A stretch of DNA of 64,000 bases from Candidatus Peregrinibacteria bacterium CG10_big_fil_rev_8_21_14_0_10_49_16 (GCA_002772605.1 PFDS01000040.1:14862-78861); one strand, 5' to 3'; positions 1 to 9,855 are shown, numbered from the stretch's first letter. A program made the numbers and translations. Notes: generated from the sequence alone by a model not told the origin.

Positions 1-93
1 ACAGTCAACAGCTTGCCAATTTGTAAAAAAGCAAGGGTAAAGTCTCCAACAATGAACGAAAGTATGCTAGAATAGCATGAAGCCTTTGACAGG

Positions 94-120
94 CTAGCAC
101 TCTACATGCTAGAGTGCTAA
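94..120 (+). promoter_or_regulatory. CIRCE-type inverted repeat (HrcA operator) upstream of clpC
   Basis: CTAGCACTC-N9-GAGTGCTAA matches the CIRCE consensus TTAGCACTC-N9-GAGTGCTAA. It overlaps TTGACA (86-91) N18 TAGAGT (110-115) and lies 20 nt before the clpC ATG. Confidence 0.75.
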
Positions 121-139
121 CTCTCCCCTCTCATCACAT

Positions 140-2746
140 ATGCACCCATTCGACCGGTTTACACCCAATGCAAAACTCGCGCTACAAATAGCAGAACAAG
201 AAGCGAAGACGATGAAGAGCCCTTATATTGGCACAGAACATCTGCTTCTTGGACTGCTCAGTATTCCCAAATCACTCGGCTTTTCGATTTTTACTGGCGC
301 AGGCGTGACACTGGAAAATGCTCGCATCCTGCTGAAGGCAACAAAATCCAATGACATTGAAGGTCAGCATGTGAAACATGGCCTTTCTGTTTTTCTCCAT
401 AATGTTATCGAACAAGCGGTTATAACAGCACATAAGTACCGACACACAAATGTAGGTACAGAACACCTTGTGCATGCACTCGTATCCACAGAAAAAAATG
501 CAGCAACCATTCTCCTGGAAAACATGCAGGTAGACTCCGAAGAGTTACGAACACGCGTCGAAGAAATGTTTGGGCAAATTAGCCAGTTCCGTCAACAAAG
601 CAAAAACATTGAGCAATCACTTGAGGCATTTTTCCATGGTCTGCAGGGTGCAATGGCAGGTATGTCAACAGGAATGGCGGGAATGGGCGATCCTGAAGGA
701 TTAAAAAAGAAGAAAAATACCAAAAGCAAAACCCCAGTACTCGATTACTTCACAGACGATCTCATCGTAAAGGCCAAGGAAAAGAAGATCGATCCTGTTA
801 TCGGTCGAGACAAAGAAATTGAACGTGTCATTCATATTTTAAGTCGAAAAACCAAGAATAATCCTATTCTTATTGGTGAACCTGGCGTTGGAAAAACAGC
901 AATTGTTGAAGGACTTGCGCAAAAAATATCACAAGGAACTGTACCGCGTTCACTCAAAAACAAACGCGTGCTCCTTCTCAATATGGGTGCTCTGGTCGCA
1001 GGAACAAAATATCGCGGAGAGTTTGAACAACGCTTCGAAGATATTATTAAAGAAGCCACGCAAGAAGATACGAACATCATTTTGTTCATTGATGAGATGC
1101 ACACCATTGTTGGTGCAGGATCGGCAGAAGGATCATTAGATGCAGCAAATATTCTAAAACCCGCATTAAGCAGAGGCATTCTCCAAGTTATTGGAGCAAC
1201 AACAACAGACGAATTTCGTACTATCGAAAAGGATCGAGCACTGGCAAGGCGCTTGCAGTCCATCTTAGTAGAAGAACCGAGCGTCGAAGATACACTCAAA
1301 ATCTTAAGAGGAATAAAAGAGGCCTTTGAAAACTTCCACGCAATTACTATTTCCGACGAAGCATTAGAAGCTGCTGTCCAATTCAGTAAACGATACATCA
1401 ATGAACGCTTTCTCCCAGACAAGGCTATCGACGTTCTCGACGAAGCGGCTGCAGGAAAGAAAATTATGCATGCGGAAGAAGAACCGGAAATTCGTAGTAT
1501 TGATGAACATATTGAAGAGCTCATTCAAAAACAGCAAAAGGCTGTGCGCTCCCAAAAGTACCACCTTGCACTGAAATTAAAACAAGAACAGCAACTGTTA
1601 AAAGAAAAGAAGCAACGTCTTATAGACATGCGTGATGGTGACCGTCGTACACCAATTAGTATTTCCAGTGATGACATTGCCGCAGTCATTAGTCGCTCCA
1701 CGGGTATCCCCGTTACCAAACTGCTTCGTTCTGAGGCAAAGCGACTGACGAATCTGGAAGGACAATTGCGCAAATATGTGATTGGTCAAGATGATGCAAT
1801 TAAAAAAGTAGCACGTGCGATACGACGTAGCCGTGTAGGAATTGGTGATATCAAGCGTCCTATCGGCTCCTTCCTCTTTCTCGGGCCTACGGGTGTTGGA
1901 AAAACAGAATTAGTTCGCACTGTCGCACGCGAAGTATTCAACCGAGAAGATGCATTGATCAAAATTGACATGTCAGAATTCATGGAAAGACACAATGTAT
2001 CCCGCTTAATTGGAACAACCGCCGGATATATAGGATACGAAGAAGGTGGACAGTTGACAGAAATGGTACGACGAAAACCCTACTCAGTTGTTCTGTTCGA
2101 TGAAGTGGAAAAAGCACACCCAGAGTTCTTCAACCTCCTGCTCCAAATTTTGGAAGATGGTTTGCTGACTGACGGCCAAGGCAATACTGTCGACTTTACG
2201 AATACGGTCATTATCATGACGAGTAACATCGGAGCTGAAAAGCTCACAAAACAAGCAGGAAAGATTGGCTTTAAATTAGAAGATGAAGCACGTGATGAAG
2301 AACAACAGTATGAACATCAGTGCAATGAAGTCCTTACTGAACTCAAAGATCAACTCCGACCAGAGTTTCTCAATCGTATTGACCATATTGTCATCTTCAA
2401 TGCACTTAACCAAGAACATATCAGAAAGATTGTCAAGAATCAGCTAGCATACCTCAACGAGCGCCTGCACACGCAGGGCTATGACCTGCAGGTGGACCAA
2501 AAAGTGGTTAACCTTCTTGCAACGGAAGGCTTTGACCCGGAGTACGGCGCCCGCCCCGTACGTCGTGTTATTCAACAGCGTATTGAAGACGAAATTGCAG
2601 AACACATTCTAAAAGGCGTATTCCAGCCTGGAGATTGTATTTCTGTCATCAAGAAGAACAATGATCAACTCGACTTCCTTCCTAAAGTAAAAAAAGAAAA
2701 TAATAAAGAGAAAAAATCAAGTACTCTGGCTATCAAAGAAAACTGA
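140..2746 (+). CDS. clpC: ATP-dependent Clp protease ATP-binding subunit, ClpC type
   Basis: 868 aa. Clp_N repeat at the N-terminus (GTEHLLLGLL / GTEHLVHALV). Two AAA+ modules with Walker A GEPGVGKT and GPTGVGKT. The short (~60 aa) middle domain is ClpC-like rather than ClpB-like. Confidence 0.9.
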   Translation: MHPFDRFTPNAKLALQIAEQEAKTMKSPYIGTEHLLLGLLSIPKSLGFSIFTGAGVTLENARILLKATKSNDIEGQHVKHGLSVFLHNVIEQAVITAHKYRHTNVGTEHLVHALVSTEKNAATILLENMQVDSEELRTRVEEMFGQISQFRQQSKNIEQSLEAFFHGLQGAMAGMSTGMAGMGDPEGLKKKKNTKSKTPVLDYFTDDLIVKAKEKKIDPVIGRDKEIERVIHILSRKTKNNPILIGEPGVGKTAIVEGLAQKISQGTVPRSLKNKRVLLLNMGALVAGTKYRGEFEQRFEDIIKEATQEDTNIILFIDEMHTIVGAGSAEGSLDAANILKPALSRGILQVIGATTTDEFRTIEKDRALARRLQSILVEEPSVEDTLKILRGIKEAFENFHAITISDEALEAAVQFSKRYINERFLPDKAIDVLDEAAAGKKIMHAEEEPEIRSIDEHIEELIQKQQKAVRSQKYHLALKLKQEQQLLKEKKQRLIDMRDGDRRTPISISSDDIAAVISRSTGIPVTKLLRSEAKRLTNLEGQLRKYVIGQDDAIKKVARAIRRSRVGIGDIKRPIGSFLFLGPTGVGKTELVRTVAREVFNREDALIKIDMSEFMERHNVSRLIGTTAGYIGYEEGGQLTEMVRRKPYSVVLFDEVEKAHPEFFNLLLQILEDGLLTDGQGNTVDFTNTVIIMTSNIGAEKLTKQAGKIGFKLEDEARDEEQQYEHQCNEVLTELKDQLRPEFLNRIDHIVIFNALNQEHIRKIVKNQLAYLNERLHTQGYDLQVDQKVVNLLATEGFDPEYGARPVRRVIQQRIEDEIAEHILKGVFQPGDCISVIKKNNDQLDFLPKVKKENNKEKKSSTLAIKEN

Positions 2747-2789
2747 GTGCGAATAGGAAAAGGGTAGGTTTTCTGGTACAATGAACTGA

Positions 2790-3287
2790 ATGCCTATCGA
2801 AGCAGTCAAAATCCCGCAGAATGTCTACATTGAGGACCGTATTATCGGCCCCATCACACTGAAACAACTGATTCTCTCAGTGATTGGTAGCGGCATTAGT
2901 TATCTTCTGTGGACCGGATTCAGCAAGGCTTATGGCGATCAAGGAGTAAGTATTCCCTTGATCATCATTAGTATCATACCCGCTGTCATCTTCATGGCGT
3001 TTGCATTTGTGAAAGTCAATGATCTGTCACTCATGCGTATTACGCTCCTCTCTTTTGAACGCGTGGTCAAACCATCTATACGCATATGGACCCCTCGTGC
3101 CGGCGTGCCATTGAGCTTCACCAGCATCACACACGTCTCCAAAAATACACAGCAAGAAAAAGACATACAAAAGAAAGGAAAACTATCTGCAGAAGAATTG
3201 AGCTCAATTTTAGACACTCCTACTATACAAGATACACCCCTGCCTACCCAAAACAGGATCAATACTCCTCCCACTAAAACGTCATGA
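2790..3287 (+). CDS. PrgI/TcpE-like small membrane protein (type IV secretion-associated family)
   Basis: 165 aa. N-terminal VKIPQNVYIEDRIIGPITLKQL is followed by two hydrophobic helices. The stop overlaps the next start (ATGA). Confidence 0.45.
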   Translation: MPIEAVKIPQNVYIEDRIIGPITLKQLILSVIGSGISYLLWTGFSKAYGDQGVSIPLIIISIIPAVIFMAFAFVKVNDLSLMRITLLSFERVVKPSIRIWTPRAGVPLSFTSITHVSKNTQQEKDIQKKGKLSAEELSSILDTPTIQDTPLPTQNRINTPPTKTS

Positions 3288-4027
3288 GCCCCGCCGACAC
3301 AAAATCAGAGACACCTGAAAAAAAAGCACCGAGTACTGTGCGCAAACGCAAGTCACAACAAGTGAATGCCACGCAACGATACCTTCCTATCGGAGAAATC
3401 CGTAATGACACGATATCACTAAAAAATGGAGGCCTGCGTGCTGTACTTCAAGTTGAAGCAATAAACTTTAACCTGAAGAGTGAAACGGAGCAGGAAGCTA
3501 TCATTGCCGGCTACGGATCATTCGTCAATACACTCTCCTTCCCCGTTCAAATCATCGTACGTTCAACGCATATCAATATTGATAGCTATCTCAAATACCT
3601 CCAGGGAAAAGCACAAGAGCAAACGAATGAACTGCTTCAAGAACAAACATTTGCCTATATCGCGTTCATTAACCGTCTTCTTGAAGTGTCAGACATTATG
3701 CAAAAGCGCTTTTATGTCATCGTCCCTTACGATAAAAGCGAGCGTAAAAAAACACTACTGGAAAAATTCTTCGATTGGTTGCACCCGGAAGACTCTGTTG
3801 GAAAAGCTGCCCAGAGATTTCGAGAGTTCAATCAATTCGTCAAAAAACTTAATGAGCGTGTGGAGCTTATTGAAGCAGGACTGGGCAACATCGGACTCCA
3901 TACGAGCCGCTTACGCACCCGAGAGCTTATCGACCTCTATTACAACATCTACAATCCAGAAACTAGCCAACGGCAGAAAATTCCTGAAAATCTTGAAGAT
4001 CTAAAAATGGATGACACAACATTGTAG
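3284..4027 (+). CDS. VirB4/TcpF N-terminal-domain-like protein without an ATPase domain
   Basis: 247 aa. The segment YLPIGEIRNDTISLKNGGLRAVLQVEAINFNLKSETEQEAIIAGYGSFVNTLSFPVQIIV resembles the N-terminal region of Gram-positive-type VirB4 ATPases. No Walker motifs are present. Confidence 0.4.
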   Translation: MSPADTKSETPEKKAPSTVRKRKSQQVNATQRYLPIGEIRNDTISLKNGGLRAVLQVEAINFNLKSETEQEAIIAGYGSFVNTLSFPVQIIVRSTHINIDSYLKYLQGKAQEQTNELLQEQTFAYIAFINRLLEVSDIMQKRFYVIVPYDKSERKKTLLEKFFDWLHPEDSVGKAAQRFREFNQFVKKLNERVELIEAGLGNIGLHTSRLRTRELIDLYYNIYNPETSQRQKIPENLEDLKMDDTTL

Positions 4028-4144
4028 ATCGACTTTGACAAATATAACAAGAGGTGGGAAAATAAGAACGCAATGTGTTGCTCGTGCAAGGACACATGCA
4101 CATACTGTTTTCTCTATTTTTTTCCACTTGCACCTTCCTTTTCT

Positions 4145-5482
4145 ATGCCAATCCTTCAAGAAAATGCCACAATGGAGCAGCTACTCAAAGACTCCCCTCC
4201 TATTTTACATGCACGCCCTGGGGAACTTCTCGAAGGAACTGTTGTATTCAAAGGAAAAAATAAACTACTGCTCGACTTACAAGGAGTGGCAACAGGCATC
4301 GTTTCCGGACGAGAGCTGAGGGATTCCTTCAACACATTTCGCACTATTACCGTTGGCGACCCACTCAACGCGCTAGTCTTGGAAGAAGAAAATGATGAAG
4401 GGTTGGTGGTGATGAGTTTGCGTATGGCAAGCCAGCAAAAGGCATGGGATCGCTTCCACGATCTTATTTCAGAAAATCACACAATGCACTTCATAGCCCA
4501 GGAAGCAAACAAGGGAGGCCTGCTCGCCAACATGGACGGTATCCGCACTTTCCTGCCAGTAAGCCAACTGGCTCCTGTTCATTATCCACGTGTTAATAAC
4601 GCAGATTCTGTCGAAATTATGCAACGTTTACAGAAATACATCGGACATACATTCACGGTAAAAATCATTACCATGGATGAAGAAGCAGGAAAAATCGTCG
4701 TATCGGAACGAGAGGCAATGGCAGAAGAACGGGCAAAAGCATTGGAAAGTTTGAAAGTAGGTGATGTGAAAGAAGGCATGGTGAGTGGCATAGCCAAATT
4801 TGGACTATTCGTGACATTCGAGGGGCTGGAAGGCTTGGTACATATTTCAGAAATTGCATGGGGACACGTGAAAAACCCTACAGAACATGCACAAACTGGC
4901 GATAAGGTCACCGTGAAAGTTATTGGCGTTGATGGCGACAAACTGAGTCTCAGCATGAAACAACTCACGCGCGATCCCTGGGAAGCTGTCGCAGAGAGAT
5001 ATCCTGTTGGAAAACGCGTTCAGGGCTCTGTCGTACGTTTCGCAGATTACGGTGCATTCGTACGGTTGGAAAAAGATATTAATGGACTGATTCACCTGTC
5101 TGAACTGGCTCACCACAAAGTAACTGATCCATCGGAAGTGCTCACCATTGGCCAAAAAGTCGAAGCACAGGTCATTAATATCGATATCGATGAGCGACGT
5201 ATTGGCCTTTCAACCAAAGCGCTACAACCCATTGATAAAGCAACGCTAGAGAAACTCAAACAGGAACTCGAGTCTAAACAAGAAGAAGTAAAGAAAAAAG
5301 AAGAAAAGAAAACCCCTGCCATACAGGAAGCACTTCCTCTTGAGGAAGCACAATTTGTCGCATCCAAAACAGGAAAGAAATACTATGCTCTCGATTCTGC
5401 TCAAGGAAAAAAGATCAAAGAAGAAAACCGAGTGTACTTCAAAAATGAGAAGGAGGCTGAGAAAGCTGGATATGCGGCATAG
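4145..5482 (+). CDS. rpsA: S1 RNA-binding domain protein (ribosomal protein S1-like, 4 S1 repeats)
   Basis: Four S1/OB repeats (e.g. GDVKEGMVSGIAKFGLFVTFEGLEGLVHISEI, GKRVQGSVVRFADYGAFVRLEKDINGLIHLSEL). The start is moved to the ATG at 4145 because the upstream part of the ORF is Cys/Phe-rich junk. K/E-rich C-terminal tail. Confidence 0.8.
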   Translation: MPILQENATMEQLLKDSPPILHARPGELLEGTVVFKGKNKLLLDLQGVATGIVSGRELRDSFNTFRTITVGDPLNALVLEEENDEGLVVMSLRMASQQKAWDRFHDLISENHTMHFIAQEANKGGLLANMDGIRTFLPVSQLAPVHYPRVNNADSVEIMQRLQKYIGHTFTVKIITMDEEAGKIVVSEREAMAEERAKALESLKVGDVKEGMVSGIAKFGLFVTFEGLEGLVHISEIAWGHVKNPTEHAQTGDKVTVKVIGVDGDKLSLSMKQLTRDPWEAVAERYPVGKRVQGSVVRFADYGAFVRLEKDINGLIHLSELAHHKVTDPSEVLTIGQKVEAQVINIDIDERRIGLSTKALQPIDKATLEKLKQELESKQEEVKKKEEKKTPAIQEALPLEEAQFVASKTGKKYYALDSAQGKKIKEENRVYFKNEKEAEKAGYAA

Positions 5483-5500
5483 CATCTGTACACTGCAGAC

Positions 5501-6187
5501 ATGAAAGCAGTAATATTCGACTTTGACGGCGTCATTATTGATAGTGAACGTTATTGGGACAGAGAAATGGATACATTCGGCTTTCAACATGTCCCAGGAT
5601 GGAAAGCAGGAGACAATGCACGGTTATTCACCGGAAGAACACGTACAGGAGCGTATGAAGTGTTTTGCAAAGAATTTGGGAACATCTTTACCTATGCTGT
5701 CTTTTCAGCACATATGCAAGAAATGCAAGATCATATTCACTGCGAAAACATTCAAATGCTACCCGGTGTCCAAGACCTGCTTATGTGCCTACAGAAAGAT
5801 GGTATTCCGATTGGCATCGGCTCTTCATCTTCACGCACACTCATCGAAAAAACGTTGAATACGTTTTCCATGCGCCATTTTTTTACAACCATCTCTCCCG
5901 GTAACGAAGTAAAGCCAGCAGAAGGAAAACCAGCGCCTACCATCTACCTCAAAGTTGCGAGGGACTTAAACATTGCACCAGAGGAGTGCCTTGTGATTGA
6001 AGATTCGCAGAATGGTGTGCGTGCAGCAAAAGCTGCCAAGATGACCTGTATCGGTCTTCGGAACGGATGTAATCATATACAAGACCTCTCTGAAGCAGAT
6101 CATATCCTTGAAGGGTTCATACAGGTAACTACAGAAACTCTACGCACCATATACCACAGACACCAAATATCATCAGTGTGTTCTTAG
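5501..6187 (+). CDS. HAD-superfamily hydrolase (beta-phosphoglucomutase-like subfamily IA)
   Basis: N-terminal DxDG motif (AVIFDFDGVIIDSE) and C-terminal EDSQNGVRAAKAAKM motif. Confidence 0.8.
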   Translation: MKAVIFDFDGVIIDSERYWDREMDTFGFQHVPGWKAGDNARLFTGRTRTGAYEVFCKEFGNIFTYAVFSAHMQEMQDHIHCENIQMLPGVQDLLMCLQKDGIPIGIGSSSSRTLIEKTLNTFSMRHFFTTISPGNEVKPAEGKPAPTIYLKVARDLNIAPEECLVIEDSQNGVRAAKAAKMTCIGLRNGCNHIQDLSEADHILEGFIQVTTETLRTIYHRHQISSVCS

Positions 6188-6517
6188 CTCCTGATCTGAA
6201 AGAAAGTGTAAATGGAGATAATAGACTTGCTGTCCACCTCCTTTTCCTACATGAAAAGTCAATTTGTAACCATCAACTCCCTTTTCTTTTGCAAACTGCT
6301 GCGCTTTCGCAATGAGCATGCCGGGAACATGTCGTGTAGCCTCTGTGCAATCTGCAATAGAAGCAACAATATCTTCCTCCTTCTGCGGGATAAAGAGAAG
6401 GTGTGTTTTCGCACACGGATGAATATCCCGAAACACTAATACGTCTGCATCCTCATAGACAATATCTGCCGGAATCTCGCGATCCCTGATTTTATGAAAA
6501 ACTGTTCGATCAGACAT
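6173..6517 (-). CDS. HIT-family (histidine triad) nucleotide hydrolase
   Basis: HLHLHFL histidine triad; N-terminus MSDRTVFHKIRDREIPADIVYED. Start set at the internal ATG at 6517. Confidence 0.85.
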   Translation of the reverse strand: MSDRTVFHKIRDREIPADIVYEDADVLVFRDIHPCAKTHLLFIPQKEEDIVASIADCTEATRHVPGMLIAKAQQFAKEKGVDGYKLTFHVGKGGGQQVYYLHLHFLSDQELRTH

Positions 6518-6631
6518 ACCACTCAGATTGAAGCAGAAACACAAAAAACAAAAGTGCTTATAAATGCTGATGAATGTATTTTACGGAGAAAATCTTGCAT
6601 TTTAAGCTTAAAAAGGGGAAAATAGTAAAGA

Positions 6632-7147
6632 ATGGTCACGAAAAAAACTCCGGAACAACTACCCAAAAAGGGAGTTGAGGCCCCACCCCCAGCGCAACTG
6701 GAAAGAACTCCGGTGACGCAACCCGTTCAACAGAAAAACCTCGAGAGTCTTCTACTAGCCATCGAATCGATCACCACACCACCAGAAACGGTAGGAGAAG
6801 ACAGCTCCGCAGATCTTGGAGGCGGTGGGGGCAAACACATGCAGAAGACATCAGATGGAAAACCCAAAAAACACGTGACTCGAGATGAAGCAATTGCAAA
6901 CCTTCCCTCTCAAGAAGCCATGCAAAAGCAACTGAAAAGACACATTGAGAAAGAAGTAAAAGACCTGCGCAAACAGGCAAAAAAAATGATCTTAGGCAAA
7001 AGACCAGGAGCCGCCGATAAGCTCAACAAGCTCTATGCACGCATGCGCAAGCTGAATGGTCTTCTGACGGAACTCCTCAGCGCATCCTACGACATGATCA
7101 AACGCTTCTTTGTTAAAGTATTTATTGATAAACAGCCAATTCTCTAA
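6632..7147 (+). CDS. hypothetical protein
   Basis: 171 aa ORF in an otherwise empty interval. Charged and low-complexity, with no recognised family. Confidence 0.5.
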   Translation: MVTKKTPEQLPKKGVEAPPPAQLERTPVTQPVQQKNLESLLLAIESITTPPETVGEDSSADLGGGGGKHMQKTSDGKPKKHVTRDEAIANLPSQEAMQKQLKRHIEKEVKDLRKQAKKMILGKRPGAADKLNKLYARMRKLNGLLTELLSASYDMIKRFFVKVFIDKQPIL

Positions 7148-7150
7148 GTG

Positions 7151-7399
7151 TCATTTTTTCTTTTTTCCTCTCTCGAGGGATGCGGTTTTTTCCACTTGCC
7201 CTGCTACCCATTCCAAAATGGTATCTACCATATTGAGAGGCTTGATCACAACCGATTCTAACTCTGCAGTGACGCTCTCAATGCGTCGGATGACCTTACG
7301 CAAATTGACCACAATAAACAGAACGTGGTACAACACAACAATAATTAGTACTCCAACTACAACATACACACCTGTCAACAATTCTGACGACTCAATCAT
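7151..7399 (-). CDS. small membrane-anchored coiled-coil protein (DUF948-like)
   Basis: 82 aa with an N-terminal TM helix (VYVVVGVLIIVVLYHVLFIVV) followed by a helical segment. Confidence 0.4.
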   Translation of the reverse strand: MIESSELLTGVYVVVGVLIIVVLYHVLFIVVNLRKVIRRIESVTAELESVVIKPLNMVDTILEWVAGQVEKTASLERGKKKK

Positions 7400-7426
7400 G
7401 TACGATACAGAGTATCGTCAATTGCT

Positions 7427-7717
7427 ATGATGCGCAATCTTCTACGCCATATCTGGTACCTACCCCGCAACCTCATTGTTGCAGGCATCACCCTATATCA
7501 AAAAACCCTTTCCCCTGATCACGGTCCATTGCACCCTCTCTATCCGTACGGCTACTGCAGGCATCACCCAACATGCTCCGAATACGGAAAACAGGCAGTA
7601 CAGAAACATGGATGCATTCTTGGACTGCTCCTCATTATACGTCGCCTCCTCACTTGCCATCCCTGGCAAACGCCATCACAAGAAAGGATACATATGCTTC
7701 TTATGGATCAAGGTTAA
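7427..7717 (+). CDS. yidD: membrane protein insertion efficiency factor YidD
   Basis: Motifs LYQKTLSP and CRHHPTCSEYGKQAVQKHG are typical of YidD. Confidence 0.85.
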   Translation: MMRNLLRHIWYLPRNLIVAGITLYQKTLSPDHGPLHPLYPYGYCRHHPTCSEYGKQAVQKHGCILGLLLIIRRLLTCHPWQTPSQERIHMLLMDQG

Positions 7718-7992
7718 CGTTTCCTAGTCTTCTCTGCCTTACTCTTCAACTCCGCCCACATTCTTCTTACCCATGGCAAAGATAGCGTTGAAATAGTGTA
7801 GCCTCCTGTGGGAACCAAGGCTGATAAGTAGAAACCTTCAATGCCGATTTGCCAAAGAAACACACAGGCAGTGATATAGGTAATGCCTGCAATAATGCCC
7901 CTCCTCGTGAGACTGGTTTCCCACGCTTTTTCCATTTCCACACGCTTATTGCGCTCAAGGATTTTGAAAATCTGTTCCTCCATACAAAACAA
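7714..7992 (-). CDS. hypothetical small membrane protein
   Basis: 92 aa with two predicted TM segments. No family recognised. Confidence 0.4.
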   Translation of the reverse strand: MFCMEEQIFKILERNKRVEMEKAWETSLTRRGIIAGITYITACVFLWQIGIEGFYLSALVPTGGYTISTLSLPWVRRMWAELKSKAEKTRKR

Positions 7993-8015
7993 AGTCTATC
8001 AGAAATACTCTGAGC

Positions 8016-8741
8016 TTATGGCAGTAACAGAAACTTACATCCAACCACAGAAAGGAAAACCGCTATTACTATACGAAATGCTTTTTCAGACACATAACCA
8101 ACGACCTTCTTGGCTAACCAAGCGCCTACAAAAGACAACGGCAAAAGTACGATCATACCATACCAGAGTTTCATCGGGAGATTCACATTTCCAACCCCAT
8201 AGGCAATAAGACGAATCGAATCGGTCATAAATGCAATTGCTCCTGCCGTAAAGATGTAGACGTGCTTTGGAAGATCGAATGCTGCCAGAAACGCACCGCG
8301 TACGGCACCACCCACCCCAAAGATTCCAGCCATGAACCCCGATGCGACACCTCCAGTAACTGCGGTTGCAGTGGTCTTTGGTAATTTCCATGATGAATGG
8401 AAAAGCAGGAAGAATGTGTAGATAATAAGCGCTGCGCCAAGAATGCGCAGCAGTAACACAGGATCTGTTTCAAGTGTCAGTCTGGCGCCAAGGTATGCAG
8501 CAAGAACGCTGGGCACTCCGAAGAGAAGAAGGAGATTCCACGTTGCTCCTTTGCGAAACAACAACATCTTCCACATATCGCCGACCCAGTGGATGATGCC
8601 GACAAGTAAGAGTGTTTGTGGTAGTGGGTACCAGAAGAGAAGGACGGGGATCATGATGGTGGATGTTCCGAATCCCGTCATAGTTCCAACGGCAGATGCA
8701 ATGAGTGTAAGTGCGGCAATTGCTAGAATTTCAGTAGGCAT
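8016..8741 (-). CDS. TauE/SafE (TSUP) family anion exporter
   Basis: 241 aa polytopic membrane protein. N-terminus IASAVGTMTGFGTSTIMIPVLL is typical of the family. Confidence 0.7.
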   Translation of the reverse strand: MPTEILAIAALTLIASAVGTMTGFGTSTIMIPVLLFWYPLPQTLLLVGIIHWVGDMWKMLLFRKGATWNLLLLFGVPSVLAAYLGARLTLETDPVLLLRILGAALIIYTFFLLFHSSWKLPKTTATAVTGGVASGFMAGIFGVGGAVRGAFLAAFDLPKHVYIFTAGAIAFMTDSIRLIAYGVGNVNLPMKLWYGMIVLLPLSFVGAWLAKKVVGYVSEKAFRIVIAVFLSVVGCKFLLLP

Positions 8742-8816
8742 TGTCCCATCAATCTAGAGCTTTTGCAGTCATGAAACTAGGATGTGTTGTCCATATATGA
8801 GGTATAGTAGATCTCT

Positions 8817-9707
8817 ATGAGTTGGATTCCTTTTGCGCTCATTGCCCCATTTTTTTGGGCTTCATCTAATTTTGTAGATAAATATATTCTGGAAAAGCAC
8901 ATAAAAGGAATCTTTGATTTTCTCTTTTTCTCTACAATCAGCAGTTGGTTATTCACAGTAGTTATTTTGCTCGTTATAGGAATACCAGAATGGAGCGTAT
9001 TTTCTTGGATTCCCATTGCCACGGGCATGGTTCTTGTCTATTCCTATGGCTTCTATGGAAAAGCATTGGAACTAGGCGAGACATCCCGCCTAGTCATCCT
9101 ATTCAAACTCGTGCCCGTATTCACTGTTATTCTAGCTTTTCTATTTTTACAACAAACTCTCTCTCCGCATGAAGTTGTTGGTTTTATGATCGTTTTATGT
9201 GGTGCGATGATCGTATCACTGGAAAGAACTAAGGGGTTATTCACCAAGGGACTTGGGATGATTCTCATTGCCATTCTTATTTGGTCCATCATGACGCTCT
9301 TTGTGGATTTCGGACTGACCAAGATGTCTTTTTGGGAATACCTCCTTCTGGATAACCTCGGATCAGCACTAGCGGGACCAACATTATGTATTATCCCCTC
9401 AATCCGAAAACAGGTTCTCCATGGGATCAAGACAGCAAATCTTGGTAAATATGCCTGCTTTACCTGGAATAATCTTACAGATTTCCTCGGTCAGCTCATG
9501 TTCAAGAAAGCTCTGGTACTTGCTCCGTCTGCCGGCTTAGTAACAGTTGTAGTTCAAGTACAATCCTTCTATTCGATAAGTATCGGCGTGCTGCTTACGC
9601 TCTTCTTACCGCATCTCATTACAGAAGACATCTCTTATCGTACTTTGATAAAAAAGCTCTTTGGAGCTCTGATCATGTTCTCTGGCGTGTACGTTCTGCT
9701 AGTTTAG
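8817..9707 (+). CDS. EamA/DMT-family transporter
   Basis: 296 aa, about 10 TM segments with two-fold internal organisation. N-terminus WIPFALIAPFFWASSNFVDKY. Confidence 0.65.
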   Translation: MSWIPFALIAPFFWASSNFVDKYILEKHIKGIFDFLFFSTISSWLFTVVILLVIGIPEWSVFSWIPIATGMVLVYSYGFYGKALELGETSRLVILFKLVPVFTVILAFLFLQQTLSPHEVVGFMIVLCGAMIVSLERTKGLFTKGLGMILIAILIWSIMTLFVDFGLTKMSFWEYLLLDNLGSALAGPTLCIIPSIRKQVLHGIKTANLGKYACFTWNNLTDFLGQLMFKKALVLAPSAGLVTVVVQVQSFYSISIGVLLTLFLPHLITEDISYRTLIKKLFGALIMFSGVYVLLV

Positions 9708-9766
9708 AACTTTGTTATATGTTCGCGTACCATTTAGCGAGCAGTAACCGTCCACTAGAAGAAATG

Positions 9767-9841
9767 TGGAGCGGGTAACGGGAATCGAACCCGTATGTTC
9801 AGCTTGGAAGGCTGACGTACTAGCCATTGTACTATACCCGC
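9767..9841 (-). tRNA. tRNA-Gly (anticodon UCC), CCA encoded
   Basis: The reverse complement folds as a cloverleaf: acceptor GCGGGTA/TACCCGC, anticodon stem TCAGC/GCTGA with loop CTTCCAA, T-arm ACGGG-TTCGATT-CCCGT. Confidence 0.9.
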
Positions 9842-9855
9842 CTGCTTCCTATAGC

